A stretch of 64,000 nucleotides of DNA. Origin: Somniosus microcephalus (lineage: Eukaryota). A program made the position numbers and the translations under genes. Location of the stretch: the NCBI GenBank assembly GCA_052327205.1, contig CM126214.1, positions 185,814,001 through 185,878,000 of the forward strand, read 5' to 3'. Each line of letters starts with the position of its first letter. The first letter of the stretch is position 1. The notes under the pieces are model-generated. The model ran no database searches, was not told the DNA's origin, and saw nothing but the letters and a program-made list of their open reading frames with translations. This document shows positions 46,741-59,647 of this stretch, one piece after another.

Positions 46741-47568
46741 GGCCTTTTTCTGTGCCGCTCGGTCGGGCTCTAGCCCGCAGCTGTCCGGGAAGGGTCTGCG
46801 CAGTACCTGTTGCCAGCCCGTTTCGCTGGACCACCGTGACTGGAAAGCCAAGCCTAGCTCTCGACAGCCTCCCCTGCGATGCTCAAATCTCCGCTGGATG
46901 ACTGGGCGGTTGCCCGTGGTCGATGCCCGTGCTTCTGGACTTGACCTTCTTCCACTGTTCTCCAGGAGCGAATCCCTGGGAGGTGATGCAGAGTTGCAGG
47001 TAGGTTCGAATCTGCCTCGTCGCCAATGTTAGATCCGTGTATCTTAATGTTGTGTCCTTCAATAATCAGACAACAGACTGCAGGGAACGATTCAACAGGT
47101 GTTTACTGAATGAGGGTTACTCTAGAACTAACTATACAGATCACTACTCAGGGTTTATATACAGGTGTGGTCACTGCCGGTACTACAGGATACAGGAGCT
47201 GTGAAAAGTAGTTCTCTCCCTTAAGGTGTATATATACATTACATACATTACAATAGGGACACTAACATTGGCCTCAATGATTCTGAGTTAGGAAGGTGAT
47301 AAATCGGCCAGGGTTCCTGCTATTGATCAGCGATATGTGTTGGAAAGGGTATGTGTGAATGTTGGGTGAGAACTAGATCTGGCTTTGCTGTGATAGTATG
47401 ACAGGTGTTAGCTGTGGCTCAGTGGGTAGCACCCTTACATCTGAGTCATCAATGCCTGTGGGTTCAAGTCCCACTCTCAGAGACTTGTGTACAAAAATCT
47501 AGGCTGAAATTCCCTTCATAAACTTCTCCACCTCTTTTTCCTCCTATAAGACGTTCCTTAAACCTACT

Positions 47569-50500
47569 TACATAGAAACATAGAAGATAGGAGCAGGAGT
47601 AGGCCATTCGGCCCCTCGAGCCTGCTCCGCCATTTAATGAGATCATGGCTGATCATCCAAATTCAGTACCCCGTCCCTGCTTTCTCCCCATACCCCTTGA
47701 TCCCTTTAGCCTTAAGAAATATATCTAACTCCTTCTTGAATATATTTAATGAATTGGCCTCTACTGCCTTCTGTGGTAGAGAATCCCACAGGTTCACCAC
47801 TCTCTGGGTGAAGAAATTCCTCCTCATTTCTGTCCTAAATGGCTTACCCCTTATCCTTAGACTGTGACCCCTGGTTCTGGACTCCCCGACCATCGGGAAC
47901 ATCCTTCCTGCATCTAGTCTGTCCAGTCCTGTCAGAATTTTATAAGTTTCAATGAGATCCCCTCTCATTCTTCTAAACTCCAGCGAGTACAAGCCCCAAC
48001 CCCCAGGAGACCCAATCTCTCCTCATACATCATTCCTGCCATCCCAGGTATCAGCCTGGTGAATCTTCGCTGAACTCCTTCCATGGCAAAAACATCCTTC
48101 CTCAGATAAGGTGACCAAAACTGCACACAATACTCAAGATGTGGTCTCACCAAGGCCCTGTACAACTGCAGCAAGACATCCTTGTTCCTGTACTCAAACC
48201 CTCTCGTTACAAAGGCCAACATACCATTTGCCTTCTTAACCGCCTGCTGCACCTGCATGCTTACCTTCAGCAACTGGTGCACAAGGACGCCCAGGTCTCG
48301 TTGCACTTCCCCTTCTCCCAATCTATTGCCATCCAGATAATAATCTGCCTTCCTGTTTTGCCACCAAAGTCTATAACCTCACATTTATCCACGTTATATT
48401 GCATCTGCCATGCTTCTGCCCAATCACCCAATCTGTCCAAATCATCCTGGAGTTTCTCGGCATCCTCCTCACAGCACACACGCCCACCCAGCTTTGTGTC
48501 ATCTGCAAATTTGGAGATATTACATCTAGTTCCCTTGTCTAGATCATTAATATATATTGTGAATAGCTGGGGTCCAAGGATTGATCCCTGCGGTACCCCA
48601 CTAGTCACTGCCTGCCACTCGGAAAAAGAGCCGCTTATTCCAACTCTTTGCTTTCTGTCTGCCAACCAGTTCTCTATCCAAGTCAATACCTTGCCCCCAA
48701 TCCCATGTGCCTTAACTTTACACGCTAATCTCTTATGCGGGACCTTATCAAAAGCCTTCTGAAAGTCCAAATACACCACATCCACTGGTTCTCCCTTATC
48801 TATTTTACCAGTTACATCCTCAAAAAATTCCAGTAGATTAGTACTGGACCTAATTCTAGGGAATGTAGCCGGGCAAGTGGCGGAAGTGTCAGTAGGAGAG
48901 CATTTTGGCGACAGTGACCATAATTTGGTGAGATTTAAGGTGGTCATGGAAAAAGACAAAGACAGCCCGGAAATAAGGGTTCTAAATTGGGGGAAGGCCG
49001 ATTTTAATATGATAAGGCAGGATCTGGCCAAAGTGGACTGGGAGCAGCTACTTGTAGGAAAATCCACATCAAAGCAGTGGGAGACTTTCAGAAGGGAAAT
49101 AGAGAGAGTACAATGCCAACATGTTCCCGTAAAGGTCAAGGGTGGTACCAACAAGCAAAGGGAACCTTGGATGGCAAGGGATATACAAAAATGCATTAGG
49201 AAAAAAAGGGGGGCTTTTGGCAGTTACAAAAGACTAAAGATGGAGGAGCCCTAGAGGAGTATAAAATGTGCAGGGGCATACTTAAAAAAGAAATTAGGAG
49301 AGTGAGGAGGGGCCATGAAATAATACTGGCGAGCAAAATAAAGGAAAATCCTAAGATGTTTTATAAGTATATTAAGGGCAAGAGGATAACCAGGGAAAGG
49401 GTAGGGCCCATTAGGGACCAAAGTGGCAATCTGTGTGTAGAGCCAGATGATGTAGGCGGGGTTTTAAATGATTTTTTTGCATCTGTGTTCACTATGGAGG
49501 AAGACGATGTAGACATAGAAATCGGGCAAGGGGACTGTGATATACTTGAACATATTAGCATTGAGAGGGAGGAGGTACTAGCGGTTTTAGCAGGCCAAAA
49601 AGTGGATAAATCCCCAGGCCCAGACGAGATGTATCCCAGGCTGCTGTGTGAGGCAAAGGAGGAGGTTGCAGGGGCTCTGACACAAATTTTCAGAACCTCT
49701 CTGGCCACAGGGGATGTACCAGAGGACTGGAGAACAGCTAAGGTAGTACCATTATTCAAGAAGGGTAGCGGGGATAAACCAGGGAATTACAGGCCAGTGA
49801 GCCTAACATCTGTGGTAGGGAAATTATTGGAAAAAATTCTGAGGGACAAAATTAGTCTCCACTTGGAGAGGCAAGGATTAATCAGGGATAGTCAGCATGG
49901 CTTTGTCAAGGGTAAATCATGTCTGACCAATCTGATTGAATTTTTCGAGGGGGTGACAAGGTGTGTGGATGAGGGAAATGCTGTGGATGTGGTATACATG
50001 GACTTCAGTAAGGCTTTTGACAAAGTCCCGCATAGGAGACTGGTCAAGAAGGTAAGAGCCCATGGGATCCAGGGTGCCTTGGCACGTTGGATCCTAAACT
50101 GGCTGAGTGGCAGGAGGCAGAGGGTGATGGTCGAAGGTTGCTTTTGTGACTGGAAGCCTGTGTCCAGTGGGGTACCTCAGGGATCGGTGCTGGGTCCCTT
50201 GCTGTTTGTGATCTACATAAATGATTTGGATGAGAATGTAAAAGGTATGATCAGTAAGTTCGCAGATGACACGAAAATTGGTGGGGTAGTAAATTGCGAG
50301 GAGGAAAGCCTCAGGCTACAGGACGATATAAACGGGTTGGTCAGATGGGCGGAAAAGTGGCAAATGGAATTTAACCCTGAAAAGTGCGAGGTGATGCATT
50401 TTGGACAGACAAATAAGGCAAGGGAATACACAATGAGTGGTAGGGCCCTAGGAAGCACAGAGGGTCAGAGGGACCTTGGTGTACATGTACATAGATCCCT

Positions 50501-51226
50501 GAAGGCAGCGGATCAGGTAGATAAGGTGGTTAAAAAGGCATATGGGATACTTGCCTTCATTAGCCGAGGCATAGAATATAAGAGCAGGGAGGTTATGATG
50601 GAGCTGTACAAAACGCTGGTAAGGCCACAGCTGGAGTACTGTGTGCAGTTCTGGTCGCCTCACTATAGGAAGGATGTGATTGCTTTGGAGAGGGTGCAGA
50701 GAAGATTTACCACGATGTTACCTGGGATGGAGCGCCTCAGCTATGAAGAAAGACTAAACAGGCTGGGGTTGTTTTCCTTGGAGCAAAGAAGGCTGAGGGG
50801 GGACCTGATTGAGGTGTACAAAATGATGAGGGGCATAGATAGGGTAGATAAAGAGGAACTTTTCCCCTTAGTAGGGGGGTCAATAACAAGGGGGCATAGA
50901 TTCAAGGTAAGGGGCAGGAGGTTTAGAGGGGATTTGAGGAGGAACCTTTTCACCCAGAGGGTGGTTGGAGTCTGGAACTCACTGCCTGAAAGGGTGGTAG
51001 AGGCAGGAACCCTCACAATATTCAAGAAGCATTTGGATGAGCACTTGAAATGCCATTGCATACAAGGCTATGGACCAAATGCTGGAAAATGGGATTAGAT
51101 TGGACAGGGCTTGATGGACGGCGCAGACACGATGGGCCGAAGGGCCTCTTTCTGTGCTGTATAACTCTATGACTCTATGATTACCTTTTGTAAATCCATA
51201 TTGACTTTGTCCGATCCTGTCCTGTT
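47569..51226 (-). mobile_element. 5'-truncated CR1 (ATGTTTCT tail), split by another CR1 (pieces 47569-48842 and 51181-51226)
   Basis: RT motifs YLDFQKAFD, GVPQGS, KFADD in ORF 48267-49196; the host sequence resumes after 51180. Confidence 0.85.
48843..51180 (+). mobile_element. Young 5'-truncated CR1 (ATGACTCT tail)
   Basis: ORF2 open from 49266 to 51098 (610 aa) with complete RT; stop at 49252-49254; most of the endonuclease is missing. Confidence 0.95.
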
Positions 51227-52065
51227 GACTTCTTTTACCAAGCTTTTGGTCATCTGCCCTAATATCTCCTTATGTGGCTCGGTGTCAAATTTTGTTTTGT
51301 AACACTCCTGTGAAGCACCTTGGGACGCTTTACTACTTTAAAGGCGCTATATAAGTTTTTATTGTTGTTGACACTCCAGTGCAGTTCTGAAGGAGTGCTG
51401 CACTGTCGGAGGTTCGTCTTGAGACATTAAACTGAGGCCCCGTCTGGCCTTTTAGGTGGACATAAAAGATCTCATGGCATTATTTTGGATAAGAGCGGGG
51501 GGGTTCTCCCCGGTGTCCTGACCAATATTTATCCCTCAAACAACATCACTAAAAACACAGAAAATGCTGTTTTATATATAGGCGAGTTTAAGCATTTACT
51601 TCTAAATTTTGTAATTTTTTGCATCTATATTGTGTTATAAACATTATTCAATAGCATTTTCTATGGTTATTACCTGTCTAACGATGTTTTTCCTCAGAGG
51701 CCTATGCCTTTCTGTGAAACCTCGGGCTTGATTTAATCGGGTTGCCCAGAGTCACCAGTGCAACTGAAGAACCTCAACAAGGTACTGGGCTATAGTTCCC
51801 AGCAGGCATTTGTGTCTCCAAATCCTGGATTTATTTTTTTCATATTCACAGCAAGACTGGCCATTCACAAATCATTGCAGGATTTGATGTTTGTACGCAC
51901 TGTCCTTTTCCCGCAGCATTCATGAAGCACTGACAGAGCTAGAGAAACCAGCTCTAGGCCAGCGGTAGTAACCAGAATTTGCGCTTTGTATAAAAACATC
52001 AAAACCAATGTAAACCTGTTACAAGTTTTATGTCTTCCTTAGATATTCTCTCAGGACCTCTGGTT

Positions 52066-52272
52066 TCAGCTATTGATATAATAGGGACACTAACATTGGC
52101 CTCAATGATTCTGAGTTAGGAAGGTGATAAATCAGCCAGGGTTCCTGCTACTGATCAGCGACATGTGTTGGAAAGGGTATGTGTGAATGTTGGGTGAGAA
52201 CTAGATCTGGCTTTGCTGTGATAGTATGACAGGTGTTAGCTGTGGTTCAGTGGGCAGCACCCATACATCTGA
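52066..52272 (+). repeat. ~207-bp direct duplicate of 41264-41283 plus 47258-47444
   Basis: About 7 mismatches by eye. Confidence 0.9.
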
Positions 52273-53072
52273 CCAGCGGTGCTGGTCACTCCTGTAAATG
52301 GTCTGATCGCCTTATGTTCAGGAGTGTGCCTATACTGCCCTATATCAAATTATATATGGGGGTGTAACCCAGGGGTACACTAATAGGACCCCTTTTGCGA
52401 TTAGATTGGATATTGTGTGTCATTTACATGCGACCCTCACATGTGCATCTCCATTCTTTCTAAAGGCGGACTAAAACATTTCAGTGAGACAAGACCAAGT
52501 ATCAATCACTAAACGACTTTATCTTACAGACAACAAGTGAACATTCAGAGTAAGAGCTATAATCACACCTTACCTTCATTTAACTTTCTACAGAGCTCTC
52601 CTCAAAAACAAAAAATAATTGAAAAAAACGCACCACAATATTTCGATTAGTGGGCACACTTAATTTTTCATCCTTTTCTTTTTCTGACTCGTTCTAGGCT
52701 TGAGTTGAGTGAGCTTCTCTCCCTAAATCCTCCCGAGGCTGGCTCACTACCTGTATGCCGTATTGTCCTTTTTTCTCTGTTGTGCCAACAATGGGATAGC
52801 TGGTCTCCTGAGTCCTTCCTCAGTCAGTGATTCACCGTCAATAAACTGGCTACCTCGCCTCCTCCTCCCCTTGGAATACAGGCTTAAAGAAGACATTTCA
52901 GCTAATCTCAAAAGGAATTAACGTACCTGGAATAAGACAACGGACCCTAATTTTATCAGTTTGAAATAGGCTGTGCACAGTGACATTCCGCAAACCAGCT
53001 GATCTGGATTTAATGTAGCTCTTCAATGCCTGCAGCATTGTAGCTTTTTCTTAAACCCTGTACAAATTCTCT

Positions 53073-53181
53073 GGGGTAGATCTTGACTTTCAGTGGAAAT
53101 AAAAATCGGGAGAGATACAACACAAGCTGCCGACTCAGTAATGCCTGTTTTACACAATCACACGAAGTCAAGATCCGCCGC
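53073..53181. mobile_element. Short MITE-like inverted repeat
   Basis: GATCTTGACTT..AAGTCAAGATC arms. Confidence 0.55.
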
Positions 53182-53619
53182 ATTGTGTTTTAAAACACAG
53201 CACTTAAGTACAATCCATGCACAATTCCTTTTCCATGAAATAAATGATTAAAACTACAAAAACGTGACAATGCACAAGGGTTGTTTATCCAGTTGATGCT
53301 TATTAATGCAGCCACGTCAATACTTAATGCTCCCGAGACATTTCCTTCCCTCTCCCACAATCGCTCTCCTCGCTTTCTATCAGGAATTCTACTCTGGGTT
53401 AGTATTTGTTCCCAATTTGTGACCCAGGTTTAGGTGTCTGAGTCCCTACTGCTCCTTAGCATTTTCTCTAAGCCTGATTGGGAATTGAATAAATTGTCAC
53501 TTTGTCCCCATCCCCTGCATCATCCCATTGGACACAAGACTGATGCAGCTATATGGTCCTTCACCACCCTTTCCCCTGCTACAGAAACAACAAAACAACT
53601 TGCATTTATATAGCACCTG

Positions 53620-56600
53620 ACACCGGGAGGAGCGGACCTGGAGGGAGCACAGCGAGAGCGGAGCAGCTAAAAGGAGCGGCAGCAACTCAACAGAGGCAGT
53701 TTTTTTTTAAATGAACTCAGAGTAATAAAAGTGACATCAGCACAAGGGAAGGAGCTGATTGGTGAGTAGCTGGTGAGTGTACTTTTTTAAGTTTATAAAT
53801 TTATTTCTGCTAAGTTAGTTAATAGCCTATTAAATAGAGGGAAAGAGCTGATTGGTGAGTAGCTGGGGAGTGTTTTTTGTTAAGTTTTAAGTTTATTTCT
53901 GCTGGGTTAGTTCTTAATCTATTAAATAGAGGCATGGCAGGGCAGCTCAGTCCCGTGGAGTGCACAGCCTGTGCCATGTGGGAAGTCCTGGACGCTTTGC
54001 GTAGCCTGGACGACCGCATGTGCGGGAAGTGTCGCCAGATACAGCAACTCGAGCACCGGGTTTCGGAGCTTGAGCAGCGGCTGGAGTCACTGCGGTGCAT
54101 CCGCGAGGCTGAGAGTTACAGGGATAGCACGTTTCTAGAGGTGGTCACCCCTCAGCTTAAGAGTATGCAGGCAGAGAGGTAATGGGTGACCGCCAGACAG
54201 AAGAGGAGGACCAGGCAGGTAGTGCAGGAGTCCCCGGAGTGCATCGCGCTCTCCAACCAGTATTCTGCTCTGAGTACTGGTGGGGGCGATGGTTCCTCTG
54301 GGGAATGCAGCCAGAGTCAAGTCCATGGCACCACGGGTGGCTCAGCTGCACAGGGGGGGGAGGAAAAAGAGTGGAAGAGCAATAGTGGTAGGGGAGTCGA
54401 TAGTTAGGGGAGCAGACAGGCGTTTCTGAGGACGTAGACGTGACTCCAGGATGGTATGTTGCCTCCCTGGTGCCAGGGTCAAGGATGTTACTGAGCGGCT
54501 GCAGGACACTCTGAAGGGCGAGGGAGAACATATTGGTACCAACGACATAGGCAGAAAGAGGGATGAGGTCCTGCAGGCAGAGTTTAGGGAGCTAGAAGAG
54601 AGATTAAAAAGCAGGACCTCAAAGGTAGCAATCTCCGGATTACTCCCGGTGCCACGTGCTAGTGAGTACAGGAATAGGAGGATAGAACAGATGAATGCAT
54701 GGCTGGAGAGATGGTGCAGGAGGGAGGGCTTTAGATTCCTGAGGCATTGGGATCATTTCTGGGGAAGGTGGGACCTGTACAAGCCAGGCAGGTTACACCT
54801 CAACAGAGCTGGGACCAATATTCTCATGGGGAGGTTTGCTAGTGCTGTTGGGGAGGGTTTGAACTAACTTGGCAGGGGGCTGGGCACCAGAATATAGGAG
54901 TAGAAAAGAGGAATAAGGTGCATAAAAGAGTGAGGGGGAAAAATTGGGTGAGTAGCGCCACCTGTTAGCGCCTAAAGAGGCAGTCAGTGGCTGTAGCGCC
55001 ACTGGCTGCGCCTCCCGCGATATTCAGCAGGGGCGCTAATGGTGGCGTTAGCCATTTGCGCTGCGCCGCCACCGATGACGTCATCGGTGTGCGCAGCGCC
55101 CCATTCGCGCCCCGTTCGCGATATTTGGTAGCGAACGCCGCAGTTGCACCGTTCACGGGGCCTTACTGTGCCGGCAGCGGCGCAAGTTAAGGTGGAGGTG
55201 TGGGGCGGCCGCCTTTTTCAGCGGCCGCCTGCCAGCACCTCCGTCCCCGTCCTCCTAACCTCCCCCCCCCCGCGGCATTGCCGGCTGTTTCCCGAGAGCC
55301 CGGCACGTCTCCTTGGTGCCGGGCTCGTTTGCCGGCACTCGCAAGCGGGGATTGCGCTGTTGCAGGCACCTCCCCCTTAACAGTGGGAGGAAGGCCTGCA
55401 GTACCGCAGCGTGCCGTGCCGCAGCGTGTGGCGCTGCGGCACGTTGCGCTGCGATATTCAGTTTCAGCGCCCTAAGAGGGACGCGGAGCGCCTCGAGCCT
55501 CGCCCCGTGTCCCTCGAGGGGCAATGAAACTGAATATCTGACGATCGCTAAAGCCTCAAACGCTGCGCTAAATCCTGCGCTCAGGCGACTTTTGCGCCAC
55601 TTTGGCGCCCCAACCCAATTTCTAGGCCTGAGTGTGTTGGATAGTACTAGAGAAGAAAGTAGTATTAGAGGCGGTAGTAGACAGTAGCAGACTAAGAAAG
55701 ACTACGAAAAATTCAAAAATGGGTTTAGAATGCATGTACGTAAACGCACAAAGTGTGGTGAATAAGGTTGATGAGCTACAAGCACAATTAGCTGTGTGGC
55801 AATGTGATGTTGTGGCAATAATGGAAACGTGGCTTAAAAACGGTGAGGACTGGGCACTTAATATTCAAGCGTAAAAGGTGTTCAGAAAAGATAGGGAAGG
55901 AAAAAAGGGAGGTGGGGTGGCAGTGCTGATTAAAGAAGGCATTGTAGTATTGGAAAGGGAGGATGTTCTTGAGGGGACAAGGACAGAATCCATTTGGTTA
56001 GAGTTGAGGAGCAAAAAGGGTATGATTACGCTATTGGGGGTATTCTATAGGCCTCCAAATAGTGAGAGGGAGGTAGAGGAGCAAATCTGCAGGGAAATCA
56101 CAGAGATATGCAAGAGCTATAGAGTGGTGATATTGGGGGACTTTAATTACCCAAATATCGATTGGGATAATGCTAGGGTAAAGGGAAATGAGGGGGAGGA
56201 ATTTCTGAAATGTGTTCAGGAGAATTTCCATGACCAATATGTTCTTGGCCCAACTAGAAAGGAGTCATTGCTGGATCTGGTGCTGGGGAATGAGGTGGGC
56301 CAGGTCGACCAAGTGTCTGTGGGAGAACACGTGGGTACAAGTGATCATCGTATCATAAGATTTAGATTAGCAATGGAGAGGAGCAAGGAACAATCTAGAG
56401 TGGAACTTCTAAACTGGAATAGAGCTAACTTCAATGGGATGTGAAAGGATCTAGCCAGGGTAAAATGGAACCAAAGACTGACAGGAAAAACTGTAATGGA
56501 ACAATGGGTGATCTTTAAGGAGGAGATGTTCCAAGTACAGGCTAGGTACATTCCAACAAGAGGGAAGGGTAAGGGAACCAAAGCAAGGGCTCCTTGGATG

Positions 56601-58418
56601 ATGAGGGAGATAGAGAAGATGATGAAACAAAAAAAGAGGGTGTATGATGCATGTCAGGTGAATTCTTCAAGAGAGAACCAGACCAAATACAATAAGTTGA
56701 GAGGGGATGTGAAGATGAAAATAAGATTGGCAAAGAGAGAATATGAGAGTAGAATGGCAGTTAACATAAAAGGGAACCCAAAAATCTTCTACCGGCATGT
56801 AAACAGTAAGTAGGTAGTAAGAGGCGGGATGGGGCCTATTAGGGACAAAGAAGGTGATATATGCTTAGAGGTGCAGGGCAAGGCTAGAATACTCAATGAA
56901 TACTTTGTATCGGTGTTTACTAAGGAGGTGGATGCTGACAAAATATCGGTAGAAGTGGAAAAGTTAGAAGCAATGGAAGGGGTGAAAATTGATAGACAGG
57001 ATGTACTAGAAAGGCTGGGTATGCTTAGAGTAGACAAGTCGCCTGGTCCAAATGGCTTGCATCCCAGATTGCTAAGGGAATTGGGGGAGGAGATAGCGGA
57101 AGGGCTTGCCAATTATTTTCCAATCTTCCCTAGATGCGGGGGAGGTGCCTGAGGATTGGAAAGTGGCAAATGTGACACCATTGTTCAAGAAAGGGTGTAA
57201 GGACAATCCTAGTAACTACAGGCCGGTCAGTTTAACATCAGTGGTGGGTGAAGTTTTAGAAACAATAATCAAGGAAAAAATTAACGGGCATTTGGAGAGG
57301 TTTAAGCTAATTAAGGAGAGCCAACACGGGTTAGTAAAAGGCAGATCATGTTTGACTAATCTAATTGAATTTTTTAATGAAGTAACAGAGAGGATTGATG
57401 AAGGGAATGCAGTGGATGTTGTCTACATGGATTTTCCGAAGGCATTTGACAAAGTACCACATAGAAGGCTGGTTAACAAAATTGAGGCTCATGGAATAGG
57501 TGGGTCAGTGGCAGCTTGTAAGAAGAAGGATAAGGAATTGGCTTAAGGACAGAATGGCTGTTTTTCAGACTGGAGGATGGTAGACAATGGTGTTCCCCAA
57601 GGGTCAGTGCCGGGGCCACTGCTTTTTTTGATATATATAAATGACCTGGATAGTGGAATACAGAATAGAATTTCTAAATTTGCCAATGCCACCAAACCTG
57701 GGGGTGTGGCAAGCAATAATGATGATATCAATCGACTGCAACAGGACATAGAAAGGCTAGCAGAATGGGCAGACAAGTGGCAGATGGAATTTAATACAGA
57801 GAAGTGTGAGGTGATGCATTTTGACAGAAGGAACAGGGAGAGGCAATATACACTTAATGATGCAGTTTTAAAGAGTGTACAAGGACAGAGGGACCTGGGA
57901 GTTAATGGGGATAAGGCCCTGAAGGTGGCAGGATATATTGAGAGAGTGGTTAACTAAGCTTATGGGATCTTGGGCTTCATAAATAGAGGTATTGAGTACA
58001 AAAGTAGAGAAGTTATGCTGAACCTTTATAAAGCGTCCAGTTCTGGTCACCACACTTTAGGAAGGATGTGAAGGCCCTTGAGAGGGTGCAGAGGAGATTT
58101 ACCAGAATGGTTTCGGGGATGGGGGATCTTAACTACAAGGACAGGTTGGAGAAGCTGGATTTGTTTTCATTAGAGCAAAGGAGGTTGAGGGGTGATTTGA
58201 TAGAGGTGTACAAGATTATGATGGGTTTGGATAGGCTAGACGGGGAAAGGCTGCTCCCACTAGTTGATGGTACAAGGACTAGGGGACACAGATTTTGGGC
58301 AAGAGATACAGGGGGGATGTGAGGAAAACTTTTTTACGCAGCAAGTGGCAATGACCTGGAATTCGTTGCTGACAGAAGTGGTGGAAGCGGAGACACTCGG
58401 GTCGATTTTCATTAAGCT
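53620..58418 (+). mobile_element. Near-full-length decayed CR1 LINE
   Basis: 5' UTR repeats GAGCTGATTGGTGAGTAGCTGG x2; ORF1 from ATG 53934 (CxxC zinc finger, zipper, SGNH esterase HIGTND) to 54867; ORF2 APE plus RT ~55720-58418 with many stops and frameshifts. Confidence 0.93.
54934..55628. mobile_element. Harbinger-type MITE inserted between CR1 ORF1 and ORF2
   Basis: TSD TGA on both sides; TIRs GGGGGAAAAATTGGGT / ACCCAATTTCTAGGCC; TAGCGCC motifs. Confidence 0.9.
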
Positions 58419-58713
58419 GTCAGGAAGGAGGCGGGACTCCAACTTTCGGGTTTCAGTCCCGCCTACATCGACGTCCGGCCAATCCACGCGATTTTCCCTT
58501 GATTGACCTTGTTGAGCCCGCCCGCGAAATTGGGTTGCGCCGCCGGGTTAGCGCCTTAAGAGTAGCGTGCAGCGCCTGATTTAGCGCCGCAATCACCTTT
58601 AGGGGCGCTGCAACCCAATATCGCGCTAGGTGGCACTAAATTGCGCCTGGCGCTAAACTTTGCGCATCACCAGGACTAGCGCCCCAAACGCAGCTATACC
58701 GAATTTCTAGGCC
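58419..58713. mobile_element. Fused MITE fragments
   Basis: 58419-58524 matches the reverse of ~37040-37159; 58525-58713 is a TAGCGCC-rich MITE ending GAATTTCTAGGCC. Confidence 0.7.
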
Positions 58714-58724
58714 TATGACTCTAT

Positions 58725-59355
58725 GGGGGGAAAATTGAGTTGTGCCCCCTTTGGGGCGCTAACTTCGCCGGGGTGCTATTTCTACCCCAAAAAATTAGAG
58801 CCCCGTGGCCGAAGTTGAATGGTAGCGCTGGGGCACTGCGAGGGAATATCGCAGCGCTATGTGCCGCGGTACTGCAGGCCTTCCTCCCCTTCTTAAAGGG
58901 GAGGGGCCTTGCGCAGCGCGACCCGGGACCCAGCTGGGCCACCAGGTGCCAGCAAAAGAGCCCGGCACTCAAGAGAAGTGCCGGGCTCACGGAGCGCAGC
59001 CGGCACCCCGCGGGGGGGGGCGGGTCAGGAGGCCGGGGACAGCAACGGGGGCAGGTGCTGGCAGGCAGCCAGCAACAAAAACGGCCGCCCGGCAACTCGC
59101 CTTTAATTAGCACCGCCCCGGCCGCAGGTAGGCCCCCCTGACCCCGTTGGACATAGCGTCTGGCGGTAAGTCAGGGGGGCGCTCCCAAAGATCGAGGCTG
59201 GGGCACTGCGCACGGCATTGACGATAATGGTTACTGCCGCTGCTAACCTCCTGCTGAATTTCGCAGGCGGCGTTGGCGGCGCTGCGCCCAGGCGCTAGTT
59301 GCTTTGCGCCCCGTTAGCGCTAACGACAGGCGCAAAGCAACCGAATTTTCCCCCC
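58725..59355. mobile_element. Harbinger-type MITE (relative of 54934-55628, opposite orientation)
   Basis: TIRs GGGGGGAAAATT / AATTTTCCCCCC; TSD TAT/TCT; shared CTGCAGGCCTTCCTCCC and GAGCCCGGCAC motifs. Confidence 0.85.
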
Positions 59356-59647
59356 TCTGACCTTTAACATAGTAAAACGTCCCAAGGCGCATCACAGGAG
59401 ACTTATTAAACAGAATTTGACACCGAACCATAAAAGGAGATATGTGCCATTTCTTCCGCCTCCCTCCCCCATGTTGTACACATATTGGCTGGAATGTTCT
59501 GGAGACCGCGCAGGCGGGAATGGAGGCGGGTCTTTTTCCCCCTACATTTTAAATTTACCTGGATGGCCACAGGAACCACGCTGCTCAGGAACCACGTCTG
59601 TCTACCTGAGGTGGGAGTTGAGTGGACATTGCTCCAGCTGATTAGAA

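Larger units (their letters stand above)
41284..47252 (-). mobile_element. Full-length Ty3/Gypsy LTR retrotransposon (Mag-like), decayed
   Basis: LTRs 41284-41497 and 47027-47252 (TG..CA); 5-bp TSD ATAGG; PBS TGGCGACGAG next to the 5' LTR; PPT at 41498-41511; gag-PR-RT-RH-IN order. Confidence 0.97.
47405..51550 (+). mobile_element. Deu-SINE (47405-47508 and 51371-51550) split by an L2 fragment (47509-47568 and 51227-51370)
   Basis: SINE CTAGGCTGA|CACTCCAGTG and L2 CCTACTT|CTTTTACCAAGC rejoin when the inserts are removed. Confidence 0.75.

Noticed and set aside
48267-49196. 309-aa fusion ORF
   Set aside because: Chance read-through across a CR1/CR1 junction
47569-51180. Twin-priming inversion of a single CR1
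   Set aside because: The two parts have different tails and overlapping RT regions, and the minus-strand copy resumes after 51180
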